Shown in pieces: positions 52,081 to 62,964 of a stretch of DNA of 64,000 nt. The position numbers and the translations under genes are program-made. A model generated the notes under the pieces. That model ran no database searches. It was given only the letters and a program-made list of their open reading frames with translations, and was not told the origin of the DNA. Origin of the DNA: Fistulifera solaris (lineage: Eukaryota); the NCBI GenBank assembly GCA_030295235.1, contig AP026143.1, positions 496,001 to 560,000 on the forward strand, read 5' to 3'. Position 1 is the first letter of the stretch, and every line of letters begins with the position of its first letter.

Positions 52081-53043
52081 CTATTGTTTATTTCTAATTG
52101 TGGATTGTGGCTCAATGCTTCGAACAATCGTTTGTCCTTGATAACCGGCTGGCAAAACCGTCGACTCGGCTCCATACGTATGAGGAAGGACGGGAGGTTC
52201 GCCACGACAAAACCATGGTCGTTTTCGAATCGGCCACAGCCGCAATAGAACGCGTCCAATGACCAGTTCCGTCGGTACGGGACCATAATCGCGCGAATCC
52301 GACGAATTCAACGGATTATCACCTTCCAACCACAGATTACCGTCGGGAATCACCAACAGTCGTTGGTGCAGAGGTAGATTGAATCGTTCCGCTTGTTCCC
52401 GAGACAACAATACCTGATCGCCGGGCAATCCCAGTATACGCTTACAAATCATTCCTGGTCGATGTGGATGCCACGTTGCGACTAAATCACCCACACTGAG
52501 CGGTGAAAACAAATGTTGGAGTTTACCCCATAACGAAAGTGGTTGATGGCGATTTAATTCCGTGACCGAAATTTTGGGTTCCCACCAAACGGCTTGCTCC
52601 TCTCCTTGCTGCTGCTGAGCATATCGAATGCGACTTTTTCCGGTACTACCACCCGCCATGGCACGACGGCACCAGAACTTTTCCAGTAAAATGATTTCTC
52701 CAAAGGGCTCGAGAGTGGGGTACATGCTCGGACCTTCACATTGTGTGAAATCGAAACAATACTCGCGAACAACATAGACCCAACCGGCAGCCAGAATAGC
52801 ACGTGGAGCTATAATCCAGAATTTGGATGATAACGATAAGGATTCGTACGACGGTGATGAATGAGGCAGAACAGGTTGAGAAAGATTGGACGTTGGCGAT
52901 GGAGAATGATACGTAGCATTTTGTCGTTTCGGCCGGCCCTTGCAAGAGACAAGACAGTTGTTGCCTGGGTGCAAAAACTTGCCGTTGCTACGACTCCCTC
53001 GTGATGTGGTCCTTAACAATGCTGTCGGGGTGATTCGCTGCAT
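52081..53043 (-). CDS. Mitochondrial inner-membrane peptidase IMP1-like (S26), full-length copy
   Basis: MQRITPTALLR transit-like start, CEGPSMYPT, ICKRILGLPGD and LWLEGDNPLNSSDSRDYGPVP. Confidence 0.9.
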   Translation of the reverse strand: MQRITPTALLRTTSRGSRSNGKFLHPGNNCLVSCKGRPKRQNATYHSPSPTSNLSQPVLPHSSPSYESLSLSSKFWIIAPRAILAAGWVYVVREYCFDFTQCEGPSMYPTLEPFGEIILLEKFWCRRAMAGGSTGKSRIRYAQQQQGEEQAVWWEPKISVTELNRHQPLSLWGKLQHLFSPLSVGDLVATWHPHRPGMICKRILGLPGDQVLLSREQAERFNLPLHQRLLVIPDGNLWLEGDNPLNSSDSRDYGPVPTELVIGRVLLRLWPIRKRPWFCRGEPPVLPHTYGAESTVLPAGYQGQTIVRSIEPQSTIRNKQ

Positions 53044-53294
53044 GCTTCGTTCGCCTCAACTCTTCGAAAGAACGTCAAGAAAACTATCCGTTTCTCCTCG
53101 CTCGACAACGCGCCCGTGATTTCGATAACCAGAGCAGTCGAGTGTTGTGTTTAAGAATAGAAATGAGGGTGTGCGATTGGTAGGGTCTAGTGAGATATCT
53201 ATTGAATTCAGCTTATAAAATAAACAGAGAACGCATGACGCATTGTTGCGCTGAGAAAAAATTGGCTGAACGTGAGGATGCACCGCGTCCACAT

Positions 53295-53563
53295 AAAATC
53301 TGGGGGTGTGCTTTTTTGACGTGTGTCCAGAAAATGTGGGGGAGTGCTTTTTGACGTCTCCAGAAAATGTGGGGGTGTGATGTTTTCACGTCCCCAGAAA
53401 ATGTGGGAGCGTGATGTTTTCACGTTTCCAGAAAATGTGGGGGTGTGATGTTTTCACGTAAGGTCCCAGAAAATGTGGGAGTGTGATGTTTTCACGTCCC
53501 CAGAAAATGTGAGTGTAGTATTTCCACTTACCCAGAAAATGTGGGCGTGTAGTATTTTCACGT
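53295..53563. repeat. Minisatellite, ~34-bp unit x 8 (AAAATGTGGGGGTGTGATGTTTTCACGTCCCCAG)
   Basis: Eight adjacent imperfect units with no unique spacers, in the IMP1/GT61 divergent intergenic region. Confidence 0.93.
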
Positions 53564-53828
53564 GCATCGCATGCATGCGTCGTCAACAAAAACGTTTCAT
53601 GACCCATTTCGTCAAGATTTATTATTTCTTTGCCTTTTTGTTACGGAGTATTTTTTTTTAAAAAAGTTATTGCTTTGAACGCGTTTTATTTTCGATCGAC
53701 TAAACTGTTTCTTAGAATATTAAGAGGTTCAAAAAATAATTCGTTGAAGGTGGACGAGGCATTAAACGGAAGAAAACGAAACGATGCAGCTCATTTTACA
53801 ATGAGTCCAGTTTGTTTGCTCTCTAAAA

Positions 53829-55106
53829 ATGACCTTAGTTTTCCTCCGAGGCAAACGACTTGCCTGGAAAGGTCTATTCCTGGGTATATTGCTGTCGTTG
53901 GGATATCAGTGCTCTTTCTTGATAATTCGTGGCCCCATGGTGACTTTACCCGCGGCGACGAGTGATCCAGCTCCCAACGCCTTTCTCCCTGAGTTACCGC
54001 CCACCGCTAAAACTCCTTCGCTGTGTACTCCGACCATTTCAGTGCAAGAACTGGAAACGTTTCTACCGAATTATACAACCAATCAGACGACAAACTGGGA
54101 CAAGATATGGAAAGGACCTGGAATATTGAATAGAACGACAACGACGATCTTTCCGGAGAACAATCTGAATCAATCTACTTGTTTCTTTTCGCGACACCCC
54201 AAACCAAACATTTCCCTCACGCGATGCAGCAGTTATATCGCTGCTGGTCGTATTGGACACGGTATCCCGAATTTACTCCTGTACTTGTTGGACCATCTCA
54301 TCACCGTGGTTTTCGTCCCACCGTGCGTCCCGACTTTTTTTACGAATATGTTGCACGCACTCCAGACCGCCATTGGTTTGCAAGTAGTCGCCATGAATTA
54401 TTCGACGATCTCTGAATTAGATGCTGTGATGGAGACTCACGGAATTCGTTCGGTGCGTTCTACCTTTGAACACGGAGATGGCTTTGCGCTGGCATCGTCG
54501 CTCGACGCCGTAGAATTGCGTAAGGCGATTCTCAGTGATCGTACAAACGACGAAAGACGCGATTGGCAAACGGGTTGTCCACTGCCTCCTTCGGAACGAA
54601 TTCCACGGATCGCGTTGTTGAATCGAAATGAGAAACAGTCACAGCGATCCTTCTTGAACGCCATCGAAGTGGCACAGGCCATCACGGACAGTGGTTTGTC
54701 TGCGGAAGTCCCAATCGCCCACTTTGAGAATGCCACCTTCACCGATCAAATCCAGTTTTTCAACAACGTCGATATTGTGCTATCGCCGCATGGAGCCCAA
54801 TTGACCAGTATGGCCTTTCTGCCGTCGTGTGGAGGAGTCTTGGAGTTCTTTCCTCGGGGTTACTTTGTGCCGTACTATTTTGGATCTTTGGCCCGTGCTG
54901 CCGGTCTCCGCTACAGCGCTTTGTACCTATCCGAGAATCGAGATGATTGGGAAAAAGAAACGCGTGAGGCGACTCGCAGTGTGCAATCGCGATTCCGTAT
55001 TCGACAGAGCAACTTGTGTCCATCCGTAGAGGACGTGGTACGCCTTGTTAGAAAGATGGTGAGCCACTGGAACGATTGTTGTGCACGAATAATTTCTCGG
55101 TCGTGA
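53829..55106 (+). CDS. Glycosyltransferase family 61 (DUF563) type II membrane protein
   Basis: N-terminal TM helix, PRIALLNR, ATFTDQIQFFNNVDIVLSPHGAQLTSMAFLP and GVLEFFP. The alternative frame 54200-54335 (HFPHAMQQLYRCWSYW) looks like the true frame, implying two compensating indels. Confidence 0.85.
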   Translation: MTLVFLRGKRLAWKGLFLGILLSLGYQCSFLIIRGPMVTLPAATSDPAPNAFLPELPPTAKTPSLCTPTISVQELETFLPNYTTNQTTNWDKIWKGPGILNRTTTTIFPENNLNQSTCFFSRHPKPNISLTRCSSYIAAGRIGHGIPNLLLYLLDHLITVVFVPPCVPTFFTNMLHALQTAIGLQVVAMNYSTISELDAVMETHGIRSVRSTFEHGDGFALASSLDAVELRKAILSDRTNDERRDWQTGCPLPPSERIPRIALLNRNEKQSQRSFLNAIEVAQAITDSGLSAEVPIAHFENATFTDQIQFFNNVDIVLSPHGAQLTSMAFLPSCGGVLEFFPRGYFVPYYFGSLARAAGLRYSALYLSENRDDWEKETREATRSVQSRFRIRQSNLCPSVEDVVRLVRKMVSHWNDCCARIISRS

Positions 55107-55180
55107 AGAAATTAAAGTGCAATTAATTGACATCTATTAGCACAGTGAATGTTTAGTTATGTGTGGCTCCTTTCCAGCAG

Positions 55181-57351
55181 TTAAAAGGAGAAACAGTTTC
55201 CAAAGTTGAAATCGAAGCCACAAGCATGCCACCCCTGCATCTGTTTGGGACTTGATGAGTTTTCGACAGGGTGCTCAAGTTTCTTCTCCAATTCATTTCT
55301 CAAATCAGCTAAAGTCCCCTTGTCTATTGTTGTTTCCGACATGGCTTCGGTGAGGCCTGGAGTGAGGGGCAATTTGGCGTGCTCCTCTTTTGTTTTGGCG
55401 CATGAATTGATGAGACATTGGCTTTCTTTCTGTCTACGTCTAACGACGGATATGATTGAGTGATGGTTTGTTCATGCTTCTCCTTTGGCGACAGTATTGA
55501 TAGAATGCTTGCCTCTTCTTGTTCTAACACTCTCACTTCGAAGGGGATTTGACCTCGATCAGAGGGCCCCTCTGTAAGATCATCATGGGTCTCGACGGCC
55601 AATATATCGTGCATGGCAGCTTCCAACATATTTTCCTCGGATTTATTAACGTGTATTAATTGATCTGTGGGCTCGGTCGGAATCATCGCGGATGGACTGC
55701 CTCTCAGATTGCCCTTGCTAGTCTTCGCGAAGCGGAACGATGGATTGTGTTTGTTCCGAAGAAAACTCAACACGCTGCTGGCTCTTGATTTGCAACTTTT
55801 CATTGAGTAGTCGTTGATAACTGATAAGCGCTCCTCATTTTCCAATGATGTCACTAGCTTTCTGCCACGAGCCATCCAGGGCGCTCTTGTGGAAAATATA
55901 TCTCGATCTGACGCTATTTCGGATTTGGCGATTTCAATCATCGATCCCTTGGGTTCAATGTTGAGTATTGCATCCTGTTTTGCAACTCTATCGCTTCTTC
56001 CTAAATCGTCAGATGTCCCTTGCATCAGATTGTTTTCAGTTATCTGGGAATTTCTGCTTTTTCGGTTGATGCCGCCCCTTCCGTCGATGTCGTTGAAATG
56101 TTCTCTTGCACAGGAATCTGGTCGCTCATTTGGGCGAGAATTGCTTATCAAAGGTGTGGTGTTTGAAGCGCTCCATCGAGACGATACCGAAGGATTCGCT
56201 GATCGATGCCTTCTAAGAAAAGTGTCTAGTCGAGGTGTAGCCTCAGCAGGTTGATTACATTTGTCGTTGCCGTCTCTCCTAGTGTCTGCAAATCTGCACT
56301 GATCGGATGCGTCCAATGATACAGAATGCAGCGCGCGGTTCTTCCGCCTGTCTTCCACAGAATTGACATCAAGCGTCAAATCATTTTCCTTATGATGGGC
56401 CCCCAACCGATGCGAATCGCGCATCTTCCTCCTTCTTATTTTCATCGCCATTTGGTTCCGAGTTGATGCGACTGAACTTGGTGATACACAAGGTTTTTCA
56501 TTGCTACACATCATCAAGGCTGCATCCGAAGAATAAGATCCCAGCGCCAAAGAGCTTGACGATTTTGACAGTTTGCAATTTCCGCTTTTACGGAGTGAAC
56601 TGGCGCGCCGAGCAATATTGTAGGCTTTCTTCTTCTGAGATGACAGAATGGACATGGGCGATTGACATGATTCTTCAGAACGACTCGCGGAAAGCTTTGC
56701 ATTGTTGGGTGATGCGGGGGATAATTGCGCACGGTGCAATTCCTTGTAATTGGAGCTCAAGGCTGTACTGAGGGTTGGGCTCGTCGACAACTGCAAGTAC
56801 ACGTTCGTTCGTTGGGTACTTTCATCGTCGGCATGACCATGTCCAGTCTTTGAGCGCGCGATGCAGCTACTACCAACTTTCGATGGAGTCGACGTTTTAT
56901 TTGATATTGATAATGAGCCAACTTGCTCTTTCCGACAAGATGTAATGCCGTTCTCATATTTGTTCCTGGTCGATGAGATTGTTGAATCATTTGTCCCTAT
57001 TTTCGGAAGACACTTTGCTTCAACCTGTTCCTTTTCATGCCGGATGTCCTCTCTAGTATCGGATCCTTCGCTATCATGGCTCTTTTCTACGGCCTTTTCG
57101 AGTTCTTCTCGTTCCTCGGTGTGACTTGGTTGCTCATATTTGTTGTACTGCTCTTGATTCAAAATGAGTTCGAGCATTTTATTCTTGCCGTTTGTATTTG
57201 CGTAAAAATACCCATCATGACCGGCGATTCGGATCATACCAAACTGAGTGGGTCGGAAGGATTTCAGGGATTCACCCGAAATTGAGCCAGCACAGGTCTT
57301 GTTATCGTCAACGGCATCGGGGCACGACGGAGGATGGATCACCTCAAACAT
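55181..57351 (-). CDS. Hypothetical low-complexity Ser/Arg-rich protein; probable frameshift near the 3' end
   Basis: 675-aa ORF with an overlapping 63-aa ORF continuing to 55181. No family recognised. Confidence 0.55.
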
Positions 57352-57909
57352 TTCCGAGATGTATTTCGCTCGCTTCCGACTGAATACTTATTCTCGCAAG
57401 CGCTGCATTAGTGATTGTTGAGTTGTTTGCTTTGGGTAATGTCTCTTCGATGTATGTTCTCGTTGCACAGGCTTATCATGATTTGTTTTCCGTGTGTTCA
57501 TTATTGTTCGAGAAGAAAGTGCGCGATGCGATGTTGCGAGACGCGAGACATCTTATGGGTGCGCAGAAATTATTTAGGAGCTTGATCTGGCCGAGGTTCG
57601 TTTATCTAGGGATTAGCGATACGTAAGTCAACACAAAGCATGATACTACCCAATAATTGAAAACTTTAGCATATCTGTAAAACCACTTAAGGGCTCGTAC
57701 CGGTACTAGTAGAAATGACGAAGATGATGATTACTCCGTATTATCGAGTGAGATGATTTTCCATCGAAGGACGAACGTTCGCGTCGCCATCGCGCGCGAA
57801 GGACAATAGACAATAAAATGCGCCGTTATTGCGCTTCCGATCATCGATACCTGGTAGCAAGAAGTCGAGAATAGAATCAGTAAAGTTAACAAACCTATCA
57901 AAGAGAACG

Positions 57910-59259
57910 ATGAAGCCCCTTCGAATCGGCATGTACGGCGGAGGCACCGTTGGTGGCGGTGTCTACGAGCTCATCATGAAAAACAAAGCCAGCAACATCG
58001 TCATCAGCAAGATTTGCGTCCGTGACCTTAACAAACCTCGAACATTTCAGATCGATGAAAGTGTTACCACGCTAACGGCGGATGCCGAAGAAATGATGAA
58101 ATCGGATGACATCGACTGCGTTGTTGAAGGTGAGAAGCACGAAGTGACTGGTGAATCTTTGAGCAGTAATTTCCCTTTTCATTCTCGTCCTGACACAAAA
58201 TCAAATCATTTATATAACTAAGTCATGGGAGGCACAGGTCTCGCGAAAAAGGTCGTCGAAAGTGCACTCAAACAGGGCAAGCCTGTTGTGACGGCAAACA
58301 AAACCCTTCTTGCGGAACACTGGGGAGAGCTTCAGGATATCATTAAAAACAACCAAACGGCATCGCTTCACTGGGAGGCTGCCGTTTGTGGCGGTATTCC
58401 TATCATTCAAACGCTACAATCATGTTATACGGGTGACGAAATTTCGAGCATCGCGGGTATTTGTAATGGTACCACCAACTACATGTTGACGAAAATGTCG
58501 ACGGGTGCTGCGGATTACGATGATGTGCTCAAGGAGGCACAGGAACTGGGTTATGCTGAAGCCGACCCCACTGCCGATGTCGAAGGACACGATGTGCGCG
58601 CCAAAATAGCTCTTTTGGCGGGCGTCGCATTTGGTGTTCCGGTTCCTCCCGTCGATAAAATTCCGTGCGTTGGTATTTCGAAAATAACATCGGCGGACTT
58701 TGGGTACGCATCTCAAATGAATTCCACCATCAAGCTGCTGGGAACAGCCAAAAAGACAGCAGAGAACAAACTCGCGGTGTATGTGTCACCCGCTATGGTG
58801 AGTATGCAAGTGCACTCGGTTGCGCACTGCTCGGGTGTGGGAAATGTGGTTTCTGTTACTTCTTCGAATCTTGGTACATGCAGTTATTCCGGCCCTGGCG
58901 CTGGTCGTTATCCTACCGCCAATTCAATTGTGGCAGATATTTATCGCGTTGCTTCGGGAGCATCGTCTAACGCAGTGGGTACAAGTGATGCCAAAGAACT
59001 GGAATTGGACTGCAATTATGTCGCAAAGTTTTACGTGCGCGTTTCTTTAGTCAAGGGAATGAATGTGCCCGTTGCAGAGACAGGCGCGCTTGCAGAGAAG
59101 CACGGTGTGAGTATTAATTCTATCATGTCAGGAGATGGCAATTTCTGCGTGACGACAAACGATAGCAAATTGGGTAATATTCAGGTTTTCGTTGAAGAAC
59201 TAGCGAAGACAACGTTCTGCAATGGAATGCCATGTTTCATGCCGCTTTTGAGCAATTGA
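57910..59259 (+). CDS. Monofunctional homoserine dehydrogenase with an ACT-like C-terminus; one intron
   Basis: IGMYGGGTVGGGV, VVE | intron 58130-58222 | VMGG, VVTANK, EAAVCGGIPII, GICNGTTNYML, AQELGYAEADPTADVEGHD and GPGAGRYPTA. Confidence 0.95.
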
Positions 59260-59534
59260 GATGAGCACAGTCGTTTATGATAGTAAATGATTATACTCGG
59301 TTTACGCTTTGGTTCTCGTATAGGTAGATCGGAATGGCGGCTAAGGCTATTATGAACTGAAAAGACGAACACGCAAATTTCGAACTCCTATACGGCCATT
59401 TTGGTCAATGGTGATATCAGCGCTTTCTCGTCATCAACAAGAACCAAGAACTTGGAACGAATGGTCATTCACCGAGAACCATGATGCACACCAAATAATG
59501 ACGTTCGGACTATAATAACAACTATTCCGGAGAC

Positions 59535-59603
59535 GACGTTAAAATTCTGCCTCGCCGTAGGCTCCACGTAGAAACTTGTACTGAGAGGCAGAATTTTAAC
59601 GTC
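59535..59603. other. Perfect 19-bp inverted repeat with a 31-bp spacer
   Basis: gacgttaaaattctgcctc (59535-59553) and gaggcagaattttaacgtc (59585-59603). Confidence 0.9.
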
Positions 59604-60040
59604 CTTCCCGTCGTAGCGAGGAGCGAGGAGCGAGGAGTACACGGAGCAATGGAGGGTAGGCTACGGAGTACACACGCATGATCCATACCTGGTACTGTAG
59701 AATGACGTGGACTTTATCGTGGAGGAGGAAATATTTCCGTCCGCGGACCTCGGCCTCCGCCGCGCACTCGGAAGGTCGCGCGGGTCGCGGAATAATCGAT
59801 GTTGAAAGTTGAAACAGACATCAATGCAAAGTTCGTTGAGGCACTCTGTTAGTCGCAAGAAGCGTCTCGGCATCAAAAAAGCAGCAAACACGCCAAGTAA
59901 GCCGTGAATGGGCCACAGTAAAGCGTCGCAAAGCATCACTGAAGGGGGAGATATTCAACACACGAGATCAGCTATATTAAAGTCGTCGAGCTGATTCAAA
60001 TCTGCCTCCATTTTTTCAGAGACGTCCATAGAAGCAAGAC

Positions 60041-62612
60041 ATGCCCCCTGCACAAGAAAGTCAAAGTTTCCGAGACAAATTTAGACGATCGAATGACATG
60101 TCTTCTTTGAGCAGTGTTGGATCGACAGAGATGAATCACTCGGTGGTGAAGCTGGAGCTGTCAGTCTCCCTCTCGTTCTCGGCAGAAGAAATGCGCGATG
60201 ATCCGAAAACATTCAAACGATGGCTCTTTGACTACTATCGGGAAGAAATTATTCATGCTGCTAGAATTCAGTTCACGGAAGAAGAAGAAAAACAAGATGT
60301 AACGTTTGATCTGCGCAACCTGGAGCCCCCGACCGTGGGTGTCAATTTAGGGCCTCTCCAGCAGCACAGCGTCCGATCATTGAACTCGTTCGAATCGGAT
60401 ATTGATGAAGGAGAAATTTACTTCCACAAGAAACGTTTAGATCTTCTTGACAAGATAGCAGTCGTTCAAAGTCATTTTCTGAAAAGTGATGGCCCCAAGA
60501 TTGTGTACTCATGTCTGATGGATGGTATATTGGAGCTCATGCAAAGTGAGTTTGGCTTCATTGGAGAGACAAAGTACGACGAGAAAGGGAACATGTCTCT
60601 CCAAACACATGCGACCACTACTGTTGGATGGGAGCAAGAAACCGTTCAGTACTTCAAACAACATCCGGGGGTCACGTTTACCAACATGGATTCTTTGATG
60701 GGAAGAGTGCTGACAACGAAAAAGGCCTTGATTTGCAATGATGTCGAGTTCTTACAGCAGCTATCTTTACCTGGTGGCCATCCGGCTATCACAAGCTTTT
60801 TAGGTATTCCACTTTCCGTCGGCGGTAAGATCATCGGAAATATTTGTATTGCGAATAAAAGAGGGACGAAGGCACAGTATACGGAGAAAGACATTGAATT
60901 TCTTGAACCCTTTGCTGTGACGGGATGCAATCTAATTCAAGCTTACCGGGAAGTAGAGAGAAACAGACTGCTTATCGACACGTTAGAAGAAAAGGTCAAC
61001 GAGCGCACTATCAAGCTAGCGACTGCCAATAGAGAACTCGAAACAGCGAAAGAACGAGTCGAGCAAGCGTCCAGGCTCCAACTACAGCACTTCGCCTGCA
61101 TGAGTCATGAGATACGTACACCACTCAACTGCATCATAGGGCTGTCTAGTTTATTGTTGGAGTCGGAACTTGATACTGCCCAAAGGGATTCAATGCAGAT
61201 GATTGTCAACAGTGGAGAGGTATTACTTACGGTTGTTAACGACGTCCTTGATTACAGCAAGCTCGAAACGGGCAATGTCGATATTGATATCAAGAAGAGT
61301 AGCTTGCAGGAGACGCTGAATTCGGTCGTCAACGCTATCGAAACCAAGGCGACATCACGGTCTATCCGTATTAACACTCAATTTGGATGCACCGTTCCTG
61401 AGTATATATTTACCGATAGTCGAAGACTTCAACAGATTCTATACAATCTCCTTGGAAATGCGGTCAAATTTAGTAAGGAAGGAGGGAATGTTGATCTCAC
61501 GGTCAAGATTGAACGACCCGTTGAGCCGAATACACTTGGTGTGAATGTTTTACGGTTCTCCGTAAAAGATTATGGTCAGGGAATCGATGAAAAGACTTTG
61601 CACAGATTTTCTTGCCGTTCCGGCAGGCATCTGCCGAGACCGAGCGCGTTTTCGGGGGAACTGGATTGGGCCTTGCCGTCACGTCCCGTTTGGTCAAGAA
61701 TCTTGGTGGCAGCATTTCAGTGCGCAGCGAACTGGGGAAGTGGGCCGAATTTATCGTTGATTTTCCAATGCTTCATAAAATACCGGATGATATAGATTGC
61801 TACACTGAGACTTTCAAAGCAATGATCGTGTTCATGGTGACGTCTACGAAAGGACAAATTTCGCACGTCTTTCAATCTTTCGGAACAGAACATTATGAAG
61901 TTACTTGCATGAGTTCCTTGGAGGATCAAATATCATCGTGTTTAAATGGTTTACGAGCTCAGAGGTCACGACCCCAAATCGTCTGCTTGGTACAAGAAGA
62001 TCTTTTTGCCCTGGCATGTTTGAGAGGTTAAAACAAATTCTACCCTTGCATCTATCAACCTTTGGTCCCAAATACTCGGTGAAAAAGACAGAGAGGCACT
62101 TTCGTTCTTTGACCAATGTCCTTCCTTCTGTGTTAATGAAATCGCTAGCAGAGCTGGTTTGCGTACAACTGCGGTCAAAATCAGACTCCTCCCTTGGGGG
62201 ACTTGCGCTCCGGTCGCTGGGTGTCTTCAAAGTACCTTTGCGGGACATACGAGTTTTGGTGGCGGAGGACAATCGTGTGAATCAAAAAGTAATCGAAAAG
62301 ATGCTACGTCGTATTGGAACAGAGAGCATCGAAATTGTCGATGACGGTCAAAAGGCCGTTCACAGAGAAGCTAACACTTCGTATGATATCATATTGATGG
62401 ATATGCAAATGCCCGTCATGGACGGTGTTGCAGCTTGTCGCGAGATCCTTGGTCGAGAAAATGGGCGACCCAAGCCGAAGATAATTTTTGTCACAGCGCA
62501 CGCCGCCGGCGACTATGAAGAAGAGTGCATGAATGCCGGGGCATCGGGATTTATTACGAAGCCATTCAACATGAATGAGATCACAAACGCTTTAATGGCA
62601 TGTATAGAATAG
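60041..62612 (+). CDS. Hybrid sensor histidine kinase (GAF-HisKA-HATPase-receiver); two frameshifts
   Basis: GAF LPGGHPAITSFLGIPL, H-box MSHEIRTPLN, N-box QILYNLLGNAVKF, DYGQGI, GGTGLGL, and receiver LVAEDN..LMDMQMPVMDG..TA..KP. Indels at A4 ~61590 and T5 ~62005. Confidence 0.93.
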
Positions 62613-62964
62613 AGATATTATCGCGTTTTGATTTGTTAGTCCTTTCAAAAGCATAGACTACTTTGATGGCTGCAACGTTCCGCTTCAACAAGAACCAATA
62701 TTCCTATTAACAAAGCTTACCAGTGCAACTGTTGAATTCAAAAACCTCTCTACTACTACGATGTCGAAGAAGCCTGGAAGCCCTAGTCTACAGCAGTAAT
62801 AAAGCTCACAGAATTTCTGACTGATATAATACGCCTTATCCAGAATTAGTGGTGGTCTGTCCTCGTGTCCTACGTCCTACCTAAAAATAATAATTATTTG
62901 TTGTTGTTAAAGATCGAATAATTGTTTAGCGGCTTTCTTCATTCCCATAAAAAGAAAGAAAGAA

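Larger units (their letters stand above)
46528..53010. repeat. Direct tandem triplication of a 2161-bp unit (46528-48688, 48689-50849, 50850-53010)
   Basis: Identical ORF sets offset by 2161 bp. Junction gatgtggt|gttcgtgagg at 48688/48689 and 50849/50850. Confidence 0.97.

Noticed and set aside
53295..53563. CRISPR-like array (34-bp periodic repeats)
   Set aside because: Units abut with no unique spacers, there are no cas genes, and the context is eukaryotic. It is a minisatellite.
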